Assembly: GCA_037143555.1 (NCBI GenBank)
Contig: JBAWYL010000011.1
Span: 6,372 to 70,371, forward strand
Reading direction: 5' to 3'
DNA from: Chlorobiaceae bacterium
GTDB taxonomy: Bacteria; Bacteroidota; Chlorobiia; Chlorobiales; Chlorobiaceae
DNA length: 64,000 bases
Within the stretch, counting starts at the first letter, position 1. Each line of letters opens with the position of its first letter. The notes beneath the pieces are model-generated. The model saw only the letters and a program-made list of their open reading frames with translations. It was not told where the DNA came from and did no database searches. The position numbers and the translations under genes were made by a program. Shown piece after piece: positions 29,611 to 39,458 of the stretch.

Positions 29611-30713
29611 GATTGCAGGCCATTAGCGTTGCATGGGATGCTGTTTTCAAGGGCGAGCTGGAGCAGTTTCTCTGCAAGTTCCCGAAAACGTATGCCGGTT
29701 GCTTCCATGAGTCTGGGAAACATGCTGATATCGGTGAAACCGGGAATGGTGTTCACTTCGTTGAGAACGATGTTACCAGTGTGTTCATCAACAAAAAAAT
29801 CAATTCTTGACATGCCCCTGCATCCAAGGGCCTTGTATACCTTAAGAGCTTCAGCTTGTACCTTTTTTTGCAGGCTTTCGGGAATTCGGGCAGGAATAAA
29901 GAGTTTTGCCGTGTTATGGATGTATTTGTCCTGGTAGTCGTAAAAGTCGCCGCCAGGTTCAATTTCTCCGCATATTGAAACCTGCGGCAGCTCATTACCG
30001 AGTATGGCAACTTCTATCTCCCGTCCTGTAATAGCTTTTTCGACAAGTACTTTTGCATCAAGAGAGCATGCGTTTTCAAGAGCTTGAGGCAGTTCATCGG
30101 CCCTATGTACTTTTGATATTCCTACCGAAGAACCGAGATTTGCCGGTTTGACGAAAAAAGGGTAATCGAACTGTCTTTTGATGATTTCACAAATCCCTTC
30201 AGGGTTCGCGCGGTAATCTGTGCTGAAAAGGGTAATGGAAGGCGCTACAACAAGACCGGCATCTGCCGCACACAGTTTGGTGAGCGCCTTGTCCATGGTG
30301 AGTGCAGAGGCGAGAACTCCGCACCCGGTATATGGTATGCCGCAGGTATCAAGAAAACCCTGTATGCGACCGTCTTCTCCATAAGAGCCGTGGAGTGCCA
30401 GAAAGGCAACATCAATACCTGCCGACTTGAAATCAAGGTCAAATGGCTTTTGAGAGGCCGCTTGCACCATGTTTCCAATCGTTATGAACACTGCTTCAGG
30501 CGATGAAACTCTCAAAAGAGTCGACAGATCAAGGTTCAGGATGTCACAGGCGATGCCTTCACAGAGCCAGATGCCTTCACGGGTGATATAGACAGGAATG
30601 ACCCTGTATTGATCAGTGCTGATGTTTGCTGCTATTGACTTTGCAGAGATGATTGATATTTCGTGTTCAGCTGACCGGCCTCCGAAAATGAGAGCAACAG
30701 TTGTAAGTGACAT
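29607..30713 (-). CDS. ddl: D-alanine--D-alanine ligase
   Basis: [40 protein letters not shown] and NEVNTIPG motifs. Confidence 0.97.
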   Translation of the reverse strand: MSLTTVALIFGGRSAEHEISIISAKSIAANISTDQYRVIPVYITREGIWLCEGIACDILNLDLSTLLRVSSPEAVFITIGNMVQAASQKPFDLDFKSAGIDVAFLALHGSYGEDGRIQGFLDTCGIPYTGCGVLASALTMDKALTKLCAADAGLVVAPSITLFSTDYRANPEGICEIIKRQFDYPFFVKPANLGSSVGISKVHRADELPQALENACSLDAKVLVEKAITGREIEVAILGNELPQVSICGEIEPGGDFYDYQDKYIHNTAKLFIPARIPESLQKKVQAEALKVYKALGCRGMSRIDFFVDEHTGNIVLNEVNTIPGFTDISMFPRLMEATGIRFRELAEKLLQLALENSIPCNANGLQS

Positions 30714-30750
30714 GAGTGCTTAAGTGACGGTTAATGATGGTAAGCAGTTA

Positions 30751-31164
30751 TTAATGAAAAAGGTGCTGATGTTCGACAGCGATGCATCGGTTTTCCACAA
30801 CAAGAAGTCCCGCGTTTTTTGCTTTCTTTGCGGCTTCTTCATTGGTGATGCCACTCTGCATCCAGATAACTTTCGCCCCGATGGCAATGGCTTCCTCAAC
30901 AATCGGAGGTACGTCAGCAGATTTTCGGAAAATAGTGACAATTTCAATTGTTTTGCTCTGCTGAGGCGGTATTGAAGAGAGCGAAGGGAAACAGGGAAAA
31001 CCAAAAACCTCCTGAAGAGTGGGATTGACCGGAAAAACGGTTAACCCCTCTTGTAACAGATAACGGGCAACACTGTTGCTTGGACGTTCGGGCTTTTCCG
31101 ATATTCCGACAACTGCAATAGTGTGGAATGACGCAAGGATATGCTGTATAACCGTTGTATCCAT
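30751..31164 (-). CDS. CoA-binding protein (YccU-like)
   Basis: TIAVVGISEKPERPS, IFRKSADV, WMQSGI and VENRCIAVEH motifs. Confidence 0.9.
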   Translation of the reverse strand: MDTTVIQHILASFHTIAVVGISEKPERPSNSVARYLLQEGLTVFPVNPTLQEVFGFPCFPSLSSIPPQQSKTIEIVTIFRKSADVPPIVEEAIAIGAKVIWMQSGITNEEAAKKAKNAGLLVVENRCIAVEHQHLFH

Positions 31165-31404
31165 TTAACCCTTTATGAGGTCGCAGTGATTATCAATGTT
31201 TATTTTTTCGCAAAATACCCGTATCGCACGACACAAACAATGTAACAGGCAAAAATAATCAGAAAATGAGGTTTCTGTCTCTCAGTAGAGTTTAAATTTC
31301 CGTAATTGATATGATACGTTCTCTTCCTTTGTTGAGATATCCTTTTCAGCTATCTTAGCTTTTTATAGGTTTTGGCTTTTACAGTATTCGTGAGGATTTG
31401 AGTT

Positions 31405-32217
31405 GTGAATGCTCTTTTTTCTAAGGTTTATTACGTCGATACCGGCTTTGCTGCCGGTGAAGAGAATATGGAGTTTGACCGGCGGCTGATGGCATCATTT
31501 CTTGATGGCCGGTTTCAGCAGCGGTATGGACAGCAGAGCTGTTTATGGCGCTTCTACGCCTGGCGGCCATATGCGGTTACCATAGGGTACAATCAGGACT
31601 CTTCTGAAATTGATGCTGTAAAATGCCGACAGGCCGGTGTTGATATTGTAAGAAGACCGACCGGTGGACGGGCGGTTTTTCATGCCGATGAATTTACCTA
31701 CAGTTTTTTTTCTGACTCTTCGGAGCCGAATGCTGTGCTTTACAGGATGGTTCATGAGGTGATTCGCCAGGCTCTTGAACAGCTGGATATACAAGCGGAG
31801 TTTTGCCGTTCTACTCTTCAGAGGCCTCAGGGAGTGCCGGCTTCAGGCAGTGTCAGTTGCTTTACGGCATCGGCCAGATATGAATTGCAGGTTGAGGGGC
31901 GGAAATTGGTCGGATCGGCACAGCGCAAGACCAGAAATGTTCTTTTGCAGCATGGTTCGCTTCCCCTCTCTGAATGCCACAAGGATTTAAGTCGATTTAT
32001 TGCGTTTTCTGAAAGGGATGGTCTTGATGATATCCTGGGTGAAATGGAACGCAAAACCATCTCTCTCAAAGAGATTCTTGGTTACATTCCACAGTACGAT
32101 CATCTGGCGGATATTATGCGCAAAACTCTGAAAAACCTCTCAGGTACTGACGTTGAGGAACTGCATCCGTTGCAGCTGTATGATATTCTCGAAGGTCATG
32201 AATATTCAATCCATTAA
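31405..32217 (+). CDS. Lipoate-protein ligase / octanoyltransferase family (LplA/LipM-like)
   Basis: VRRPTGGRAVFH and GRKLVGSAQ...LQHGS motifs. Confidence 0.88.
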   Translation: MNALFSKVYYVDTGFAAGEENMEFDRRLMASFLDGRFQQRYGQQSCLWRFYAWRPYAVTIGYNQDSSEIDAVKCRQAGVDIVRRPTGGRAVFHADEFTYSFFSDSSEPNAVLYRMVHEVIRQALEQLDIQAEFCRSTLQRPQGVPASGSVSCFTASARYELQVEGRKLVGSAQRKTRNVLLQHGSLPLSECHKDLSRFIAFSERDGLDDILGEMERKTISLKEILGYIPQYDHLADIMRKTLKNLSGTDVEELHPLQLYDILEGHEYSIH

Positions 32218-32229
32218 GTAGAAATCACT

Positions 32230-33063
32230 ATGAACAGAAGCGCTCAGCAAAAAGCTGCTCATGTTACGACAAGAAGGCTGCTCGACATGAAACAGGGCGG
32301 CGAAAAGATATCGGTACTGACCGCCTACGATTATACAATGGCAAGGATTCTGGATCGTGCGGGGATTGATGTTATTCTTGTCGGCGATTCAGCAAGCAAT
32401 GTTTTTTCCGGTCACAGCACAACCCTGCCGATTACGATTGACGAGATGATCTATCATGCCAAAGCAGTGGTCAGGGGCGTGCAGGACGAGAGCAACAGAG
32501 CTATGGTCGTTATTGACATGCCATTCATGAGCTATCAGCTATCCGGGGAGGAGGCGCTGCGTAATGCCGGAAAGATCATGAAGGAGCATGAATGCGATGC
32601 CGTAAAGCTCGAAGGGGGACGGGTCATTGCTGATACGGTCAAAAGGATCACCGATGTCGGCATTCCTGTTATGGGTCATCTGGGTCTGATGCCGCAGTCT
32701 ATTTATAAGTACGGAAGTTACAAGGTAAGAGCCCGTGAAGGGATGGAAGCCGAACAGCTTCTCGAAGACGCGCGGATTCTTGAAGAAGCGGGAGCATTTG
32801 CGGTAGTGCTCGAAAAAATCCCGTCTGCCCTCGCTTTAGAAGTTACGCGGTCACTGACCATTCCCACTATCGGTATCGGAGCCGGTGCCGAATGTGATGG
32901 CCAGGTCCTTGTTATTAATGACATTCTTGGGCTGAATCGGGAATTTCATCCGCGTTTCGTCCGGCAATATGCTGATGTAAACACTCTTATTGAAAATGTC
33001 GTTCGTCACTACATTCACGATGTCAGGGAAAAAGACTTTCCTTCAGCCGATGAAAGTTACTGA
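32230..33063 (+). CDS. panB: 3-methyl-2-oxobutanoate hydroxymethyltransferase
   Basis: [32 protein letters not shown] and IGIGAG motifs. Confidence 0.97.
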   Translation: MNRSAQQKAAHVTTRRLLDMKQGGEKISVLTAYDYTMARILDRAGIDVILVGDSASNVFSGHSTTLPITIDEMIYHAKAVVRGVQDESNRAMVVIDMPFMSYQLSGEEALRNAGKIMKEHECDAVKLEGGRVIADTVKRITDVGIPVMGHLGLMPQSIYKYGSYKVRAREGMEAEQLLEDARILEEAGAFAVVLEKIPSALALEVTRSLTIPTIGIGAGAECDGQVLVINDILGLNREFHPRFVRQYADVNTLIENVVRHYIHDVREKDFPSADESY

Positions 33064-33191
33064 GGGTTGCAGCTCTTCTTTTTTCCGTTTAATAACTTCC
33101 TGAAAAGATTGTACTTTTCAAAATCATACCCCAAATTGGTACTCATGTGCCTTTCCGGATAATTTTATTCAGAAGATCTATATTTTTCTAC

Positions 33192-33992
33192 ATGGATGAT
33201 ACTGGCAAAAAAAAGGCTCCAAAACGCTATCCTCCGTTTTTAAAAAACAGTTCACAGGATCGCCCCCAATTATTTTCGTTTGTATCACGTTCATTTGTTC
33301 CTTCTGTTTTTACCGTGATGAACATGGTTTCCGGCTATATCGCAATTGTTATGGCTGGCGAGGGAAGTTTTATGACGGCATGCTGGTTTATTATTCTTGC
33401 AGCTTTTTTTGATACCCTGGATGGTTTCGTAGCCAGAATGACGAATGGAATTTCGGATTTCGGCTTTGAGCTTGACTCTCTTTCTGATCTTGTCTCTTTC
33501 GGAGCGGCTCCGGCTTATCTTGTCTACAAATTTGGTCTTGAAGGTTTGCCCGGGATTACAGGCATTTTTGTCAGCTCTCTGCTTATGATCGGCAGCGGTC
33601 TGAGGCTTGCTCGGTTTAATATCAGTATGATCGGATATACAAAAGAGTCTTTTTCCGGTCTTCCAACACCGGCCCAGGCATTAACCATTGCAGGTTTTGT
33701 TCTCTGGATGATTGTTGATCCTGTCTTTCCTGCGAAATCTATGCATGTTGTTCTTGCATGGCTTTCAACGGGACTTGCGATACTTATGGTCAGCAAGGTA
33801 AACTACGATACTCTTCCAAAGCCTACCGCTGAATCTTTCCGGCAGAAGCCTCTTCAAATGGCGCTTTATATCGTTGCTATTTTCTGTGTTCTTCTCTTTC
33901 ATGCGAAGGCTTTTTTTCTTGCCATGTTGTTGTATATTCTGCTCGGTATTGTAAGGTCGTTCACTTTGTTGTGCCGACAATGGCAGCTTTGA
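33192..33992 (+). CDS. pssA: CDP-diacylglycerol--serine O-phosphatidyltransferase
   Basis: DTLDGFVAR..S.FGFELDSLSDLVSFG CDP-alcohol motif, and LRLARFN...FSGLPTP. Confidence 0.88.
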   Translation: MDDTGKKKAPKRYPPFLKNSSQDRPQLFSFVSRSFVPSVFTVMNMVSGYIAIVMAGEGSFMTACWFIILAAFFDTLDGFVARMTNGISDFGFELDSLSDLVSFGAAPAYLVYKFGLEGLPGITGIFVSSLLMIGSGLRLARFNISMIGYTKESFSGLPTPAQALTIAGFVLWMIVDPVFPAKSMHVVLAWLSTGLAILMVSKVNYDTLPKPTAESFRQKPLQMALYIVAIFCVLLFHAKAFFLAMLLYILLGIVRSFTLLCRQWQL

Positions 33993-34022
33993 TTTTTTTT
34001 CATTCAATCTATACGTGTGATA

Positions 34023-34277
34023 ATGCCCTATACTGCAAAAATAAAGGTTACCCTCCGACAGTCTATCCTTGATGTTCAAGGAAAAGCCGTAGAGCACGCT
34101 TTGAAAAATTTGGGATACGGTACTGTGGAGTCGGCCAGAATCGGCAAATATATTGAAGTTACTATCAATGAGCATGATCTGCATCAAGCCGAACGCATCG
34201 CCAATGAGATCTCACAGAAACTGTTATCGAATCCGGTCATGGAAAATTATTCCTTTGAGCTGGAGCACGTTAAATAA
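34023..34277 (+). CDS. purS: Phosphoribosylformylglycinamidine synthase subunit PurS
   Basis: ILDVQGKAVEHAL and KLLSNPVMENY motifs. Confidence 0.95.
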   Translation: MPYTAKIKVTLRQSILDVQGKAVEHALKNLGYGTVESARIGKYIEVTINEHDLHQAERIANEISQKLLSNPVMENYSFELEHVK

Positions 34278-34290
34278 ATAGCATTCAACT

Positions 34291-34995
34291 ATGGCTGATG
34301 TAATTGTAGGTGTTGTTGTATTTCCTGGTTCCAACTGTGATCATGATACTGAGTATGCTGTTGCTTCCTTTGAAGGAGTAAGGCCGGTTATGCTTTGGCA
34401 CAATGAGCATGATCTGAAAGGCGCACAGGCAATTATTCTTCCCGGCGGCTTTTCCTATGGCGACTATTTGCGAGCTGGGTCAATTGCACGTTTTTCACCA
34501 ATCATGCAGGAGGTTATTGAGTTCGCACGCAAGGGTTTTCCTGTGCTTGGCATCTGCAATGGATTTCAGGTATTGCTTGAAAGCGGACTTCTTGAAGGTG
34601 CTCTTTCCCGGAACAGGGATAAAAAATTTCTCTGTTGCCAGACAAGTATCAAGCCTGTAAACTGTTCCACTATATTTACCTCCGAATATAAAGAGGATCA
34701 AGTTCTCAGTATTCCCATCGCTCATGGTGAAGGTAACTACTTTGCCCCTGCTGAAGTGGTCGAAAGCCTTGAAGAGCACGACCAGATTGTTTTTAAATAT
34801 ACAAATGCACTGGGCGAGGTAACCGATGAAGCCAATCCTAACGGTTCACTCAAGAACATAGCCGGTATCATTAACCGGCAGGGGAATGTGCTTGGTCTGA
34901 TGCCTCATCCGGAAAGAGCCAGCGAAAAGCTGCTGGGATCTCTTGACGGAAGGCCGTTGTTCCATTCTCTCTATAAGCACATAATTGGAGCGTAA
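34291..34995 (+). CDS. purQ: Phosphoribosylformylglycinamidine synthase subunit PurQ
   Basis: [26 protein letters not shown] and MPHPER motifs. Confidence 0.97.
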   Translation: MADVIVGVVVFPGSNCDHDTEYAVASFEGVRPVMLWHNEHDLKGAQAIILPGGFSYGDYLRAGSIARFSPIMQEVIEFARKGFPVLGICNGFQVLLESGLLEGALSRNRDKKFLCCQTSIKPVNCSTIFTSEYKEDQVLSIPIAHGEGNYFAPAEVVESLEEHDQIVFKYTNALGEVTDEANPNGSLKNIAGIINRQGNVLGLMPHPERASEKLLGSLDGRPLFHSLYKHIIGA

Positions 34996-35000
34996 TCGGG

Positions 35001-36302
35001 TTGTTGTGTTTTTTGAAGCCCTCCCAAGTTAAACCTGAACCTATTGTGACGCAGAAATTAAAAGTGTTTTCCTGGTTGCTCTTCGATTTCGCAAACACTT
35101 CCTTCAGCGTTATAATGGTAACCTTCGTTTTCCCCCTCTATTTTAAAAACGTCATCTGTAACGGAGAGCCATCGGGTGATGCTTTGTGGGGGTTCAGTAT
35201 CAGCCTGTCGATGCTGCTCGTTGCACTTATCTCGCCGGTTCTTGGAGCTGCAGCTGATTACTCCGGAAAACGTAAGCGGTTTCTTTTTGTTTTTACCTTG
35301 ATTTCAGTTATTGCTACGGCTATGCTTTCCCTGTCAGGTCCAGGAATGGCCGTTGCCGCTGTCGCCCTTTTTATTCTTGCCAACATAGGTTTTGAGGGTG
35401 GACTTGTTTTTTATGATGCCTATCTCAAGGAAATCGCTACGGACAAAAGTGTCGGCAGAGTCTCCGGATATGGTTTTGCCATGGGCTATCTTGGAGCTTT
35501 TGCCATTCTTCTGCTGACGAAGCCATTGCTGAGTAAAGGAATCATTCTTTCCAATGCTCCAAATGTGCAGTTCAGCTTCTTTGTCGCCTCACTTTTCTTT
35601 GCACTTTTTGCTGCACCGATATTTCTTGTGCTTCGTGATCAGCAAAAAGAGGAAAGACCCGCCATCTCTTTTACAGCACTCGGCAGTTCCATAAAGGAGG
35701 TGAAGCATACCGTTCAGCATATCATGAACTATCCCGATCTTGTGCGCTTTCTCCTTGCTTATTTTTTCTATAATGACGCTATTTTAACTGTTATTGCTTT
35801 CTCGTCGATTTACGCACAGAATACTCTTGGTTTCACTACCGGCGAACTGATTGTTTTTTTTATGCTTGTGCAGACAACAGCCATTGCCGGTTCAATTATT
35901 TTTGGCTTTGTTACCGATAAAATCGGGCCCAAAAAAACCATTGTTATTACCCTTCTGATTTGGTTTGTTGTTGTTTTAGCTGCAATTTTTGCTGACAGCA
36001 AGGAGTTGTTTTTTTACACAGGAATGCTTGCCGGCTTGTCTATGGGTTCATCCCAGGCTGCATCCCGATCTATGATGGCAAGGTTGACACCTCGCGAACA
36101 TGTTACCGAGTTTTTCGGTTTTTATGACGGTACGTTTGGAAAAGCTTCTGCCATAGCCGGGCCCCTCATGTTTGGTCTGGTGTCGGCCCATGCCGGCAGC
36201 CAGAAAGCCGCACTGGCGTCGCTGTTGATGTTTTTCACTATTGGATTGCTGCTTATGACCAGAGTCAGATCTGTTGGAATTGACTACCGCCCTGAAAAGT
36301 GA
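35001..36302 (+). CDS. MFS transporter (UMF1/YxiO-like)
   Basis: SWLLFDFANTSFS, SGYGFAMGYLG and QAASRSMMARL...EFFGFY motifs. The start may be GTG 35046. Confidence 0.88.
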   Translation: MLCFLKPSQVKPEPIVTQKLKVFSWLLFDFANTSFSVIMVTFVFPLYFKNVICNGEPSGDALWGFSISLSMLLVALISPVLGAAADYSGKRKRFLFVFTLISVIATAMLSLSGPGMAVAAVALFILANIGFEGGLVFYDAYLKEIATDKSVGRVSGYGFAMGYLGAFAILLLTKPLLSKGIILSNAPNVQFSFFVASLFFALFAAPIFLVLRDQQKEERPAISFTALGSSIKEVKHTVQHIMNYPDLVRFLLAYFFYNDAILTVIAFSSIYAQNTLGFTTGELIVFFMLVQTTAIAGSIIFGFVTDKIGPKKTIVITLLIWFVVVLAAIFADSKELFFYTGMLAGLSMGSSQAASRSMMARLTPREHVTEFFGFYDGTFGKASAIAGPLMFGLVSAHAGSQKAALASLLMFFTIGLLLMTRVRSVGIDYRPEK

Positions 36303-36317
36303 AGAAAAAAAATCACC

Positions 36318-37601
36318 ATGGAAGAGGCAGAAAAAACAATGAAAAAGCAGAACTTGAGCTCTCGATCTGATGCTGCGCAGTATATGCGTGCTTTTTTGCC
36401 GTTTTTCTGGAAAAATTTTATTCACGACAGGATTTTTCTCGGAGCAGGTTCTCTGGCTTTTCAGACGCTGCTTTCAATTGTGCCGGTTCTTGCCGTCATA
36501 TTGTCAATATTGAGCGTATTTTCTGTATTCGCCCCTTTCAAGCGTTCGATTGAAGACTTTCTCGTTCAGAACTTCATGCCCGGCGCCGGAGCGGTTCTCC
36601 ATCACTACCTCACTGACTTTATTGGAAAAACATCCAGTGTCCCTCTTCTTGGCGGCGTGTTTTTGTTTATCATTGCACTCTTTCTCATATCGACTGTCGA
36701 TCATACCCTGAATGAAATATGGGAGGTCCATGCACCCCGAAAGGCGCTGCAGGGCTTTACCCTCTACTGGACCGTTCTGACGCTTGGACCTGTGCTTATC
36801 GGCAGCAGTCTGGCGGCAAGCTCCTACGTCTGGTATACGGTATTTACTGAAGGGCCGCTGCTTGAGCTCAAAACCCGGCTGCTCTCCTATCTTCCCTTCA
36901 TTAATTCTATTTTTGCCTTTTTTCTGCTCTACATGCTTGTGCCGAATCGTCGGGTAAGGTTTATGCATGCCATATCGGGCGGGTTCCTGGCAGCAGTGTT
37001 GTTCGAGCTCTCAAAAATATGGTTTGTCTTTTACGTCACTCATATTTCCACTTTTGAACATATTTACGGAGCCTTATCGGTGGTTCCGATGCTTTTTTTC
37101 TGGATTTATCTCGGGTGGGTTGTGGTACTGACAGGAGCTGAATTTGTTTTTTGTCTTGGGGCTCTTAAACCCCTGGGAGGTATTGCTGAATCATTCAATC
37201 CTTTGCGGAATGTCCCGGTGATTCTTTCGGTACTTGGTTTTATATGGAATGCCCAGAAGAGCGGTCACACGATCAATATGAAAAAGATTCTTAAGTCAGT
37301 ATACTTGATTCAGCCTTCCGACGTAAGAAAAATTGTTGATATTCTGCTTCAGAACGATTTTCTGCATGTTACGGCAAACGGTGACTTGGCGGTCAGTCGT
37401 GATCTTTATACCTTGACACTTTACGATCTCTATGCAATAATTCCCCCTGGGTTTGCAGGTGATGAAAACGGTTCGCTGATTTCAGTCGTTAATAGCGTAC
37501 ATTTAAAATCAATCAGCAATGGCGTTTCGGAATGTCTGAAAAGCAGAATGGACATGCCCGTTGTGACCTTGTTAGAGGATATTAATATAGAACAGTTATG
37601 A
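36318..37601 (+). CDS. YihY/BrkB-family membrane protein with C-terminal winged-helix-like extension
   Basis: AGSLAFQTLLSIVP, LYMLVPNRRV and IYGALSVVPMLFFWIYLGW motifs. Confidence 0.88.
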   Translation: MEEAEKTMKKQNLSSRSDAAQYMRAFLPFFWKNFIHDRIFLGAGSLAFQTLLSIVPVLAVILSILSVFSVFAPFKRSIEDFLVQNFMPGAGAVLHHYLTDFIGKTSSVPLLGGVFLFIIALFLISTVDHTLNEIWEVHAPRKALQGFTLYWTVLTLGPVLIGSSLAASSYVWYTVFTEGPLLELKTRLLSYLPFINSIFAFFLLYMLVPNRRVRFMHAISGGFLAAVLFELSKIWFVFYVTHISTFEHIYGALSVVPMLFFWIYLGWVVVLTGAEFVFCLGALKPLGGIAESFNPLRNVPVILSVLGFIWNAQKSGHTINMKKILKSVYLIQPSDVRKIVDILLQNDFLHVTANGDLAVSRDLYTLTLYDLYAIIPPGFAGDENGSLISVVNSVHLKSISNGVSECLKSRMDMPVVTLLEDINIEQL

Positions 37602-38791
37602 GTTATCAGGTTATAGCCAGGAAGTACAGGCCTGCAAAGTTTGCCGATATTACCGCACAGGAGCATGTCACCCGAACGATACAGAACTCGCTTCGCATGG
37701 GCAGGGTCGGCCATGGATATATTTTTTCGGGATTGCGTGGAGTTGGCAAAACCACAGCGGCCAGGGTTTTTGCCAAGGCATTGAACTGTCAGAAAATGAT
37801 GGAGGATACTGACTATCTCCAGAAGGTTACCGAGCCTTGCGGCGAGTGCGAGAGCTGCAGGGATTTTGAATCAGGCACCAGTTTCAATATTGCAGAGTTT
37901 GATGCTGCATCCAATAACAGTGTCGATGATATACGCATGCTGCGGGAGAATGTCCGCTACGGACCTCAGAAAGGAAAATACAGGGTCTATATTATCGACG
38001 AAGTGCACATGCTTTCCATTGCCGCATTCAATGCGTTTCTGAAAACTCTGGAGGAACCTCCGCCGCATGCAATTTTTATTTTTGCCACCACTGAGCTTCA
38101 CAAGATTCCAGCTACCATTGCTTCCCGGTGTCAGCGTTTCAACTTCAAGCGCATTCCTCTTGAGGATATCCAGTCCCAGCTACAGCTTATCTGTGATGCT
38201 GAACATATAATGGTGGACGGTGATGCCCTTCAGCTGATAGGTCGCAAAGCTCAGGGTTCGATGCGTGATGCACAGAGTATTCTTGATCAGGTTATTGCCT
38301 TTTCAGCCGAGAATGATCATGAGGGTTCTATCAGTTATCAGGGCGTTGCTGAACTGCTGAACTACATTGACGATGATCAGATGTTTGCCGTCACTGATGC
38401 TGTTTCAGAGCACAATTCTGCCAGGATGCTCGATGTTGCGCAGTTTGTGATCAGAAATGGATACGACGAACAGGATTTTCTTGAAAAACTGATCGAACAT
38501 TTGAGAAATTTTCTGGTAGTACAGAATCTCTCCTCTACCCGTCTGGTTGAGCGCCCCGATGCCGTACGTGAACGCTACCAGCGTGATGCTGCAAAATTAT
38601 CTTCACTCTCGGTCATGCAGATGGTTGATTTTCTTCTGCTGACCCAGAAAGAGCTTAAGTTTCAGTTTGAATACCAGTTTCGTTTTGAACTGGCGCTACT
38701 CAAGCTTATTGATATTGTGCATGCCGTTCCCTCTTCCGCTCAATTGCTCGATCAGCAGCCTCAAAAAAAAAAGTACCTGACAAGTTACTGA
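37598..38791 (+). CDS. dnaX: DNA polymerase III subunit gamma/tau, zero-frame (gamma-like, 397 aa) product
   Basis: ARKYRP, GLRGVGKTT, zinc module CQ..CGECESC, IIDEVHML, FLKTLEEPP and SRCQRF motifs. It ends 6 codons after an A10 run. Confidence 0.96.
   Translation: MSYQVIARKYRPAKFADITAQEHVTRTIQNSLRMGRVGHGYIFSGLRGVGKTTAARVFAKALNCQKMMEDTDYLQKVTEPCGECESCRDFESGTSFNIAEFDAASNNSVDDIRMLRENVRYGPQKGKYRVYIIDEVHMLSIAAFNAFLKTLEEPPPHAIFIFATTELHKIPATIASRCQRFNFKRIPLEDIQSQLQLICDAEHIMVDGDALQLIGRKAQGSMRDAQSILDQVIAFSAENDHEGSISYQGVAELLNYIDDDQMFAVTDAVSEHNSARMLDVAQFVIRNGYDEQDFLEKLIEHLRNFLVVQNLSSTRLVERPDAVRERYQRDAAKLSSLSVMQMVDFLLLTQKELKFQFEYQFRFELALLKLIDIVHAVPSSAQLLDQQPQKKKYLTSY
38763..38773 (+). other. Recoding site: A10 run containing the in-frame heptamer A_AAA_AAG
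   Basis: Zero-frame codons CAA AAA AAA AAG (38762-38773). The -1 frame is open from here to 39354. Confidence 0.85.
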
Positions 38792-39354
38792 AAGAGCCTC
38801 CGGTATCCGCTTCATCAGTGTCAGTGCCTTTGCCAGTCCTTAAGCGCTCAGGAACAGGAGAAATTGATCTTGGTTCATGGCAGAAAAAACTTTCAGGTTT
38901 CGCCTCAAATCCAGCAGTACAGCAAATTCGTGCAGATGTTGCATCCGAAAGTATGCCTGCCGGCAGTGCTGAGGCACTTGAAAGAGTTACTGATATTGTA
39001 TCACTGAAGGTAGAATGGCGCCAGTTTCTTGAACATGTTTCCAGAAAAACACAGAACTTCATGGCAACGCATCTTCAGTCATGCGAACTGGAAGCCTGCA
39101 GTCCGGGTGGAGTACTCGACATTGTCTGCTGCAGAAAATTTTCATATGAAGAGCTTCTCCAGGATGTAGCGGTTCTTCAGCAGGAAGTATCAGAGTTTTA
39201 TGCACTGCCTCTTAAGCTTCGTATTCGATATGATGCCGAAAAAGATGCGTGTACAAAAGAGAAGACTGTTTTTACCATTTTTCAGGAGCTTTCTGAAAAA
39301 AATGAGGTTATCAGGTTTCTTATCAGGGAATTCGGAGGCGAACTTGTATACTGA
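38773..39354 (+). CDS. dnaX: C-terminal (tau-specific) portion of DnaX in the -1 frame
   Basis: Open from the A-run: VPDKLLKEPPVSASSVSVP...EWRQFLEHV...NEVIRFLIREFGGELVY. This is a Pro/Ser linker followed by a tau-like C-terminal domain. The ORF-track GTG 38818 has no evident RBS. Confidence 0.8.
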   Translation, partial: VPDKLLKEPPVSASSVSVPLPVLKRSGTGEIDLGSWQKKLSGFASNPAVQQIRADVASESMPAGSAEALERVTDIVSLKVEWRQFLEHVSRKTQNFMATHLQSCELEACSPGGVLDIVCCRKFSYEELLQDVAVLQQEVSEFYALPLKLRIRYDAEKDACTKEKTVFTIFQELSEKNEVIRFLIREFGGELVY

Positions 39355-39458
39355 GCAGCTCAAGCGGTTTCATAAATTATTAAAAATTCTACATATTCAG
39401 TTTTTTCAAGCGGGGTTTAAATTTTTTTTTTTTTAATACCAAAGGACGATAGAAAAAT

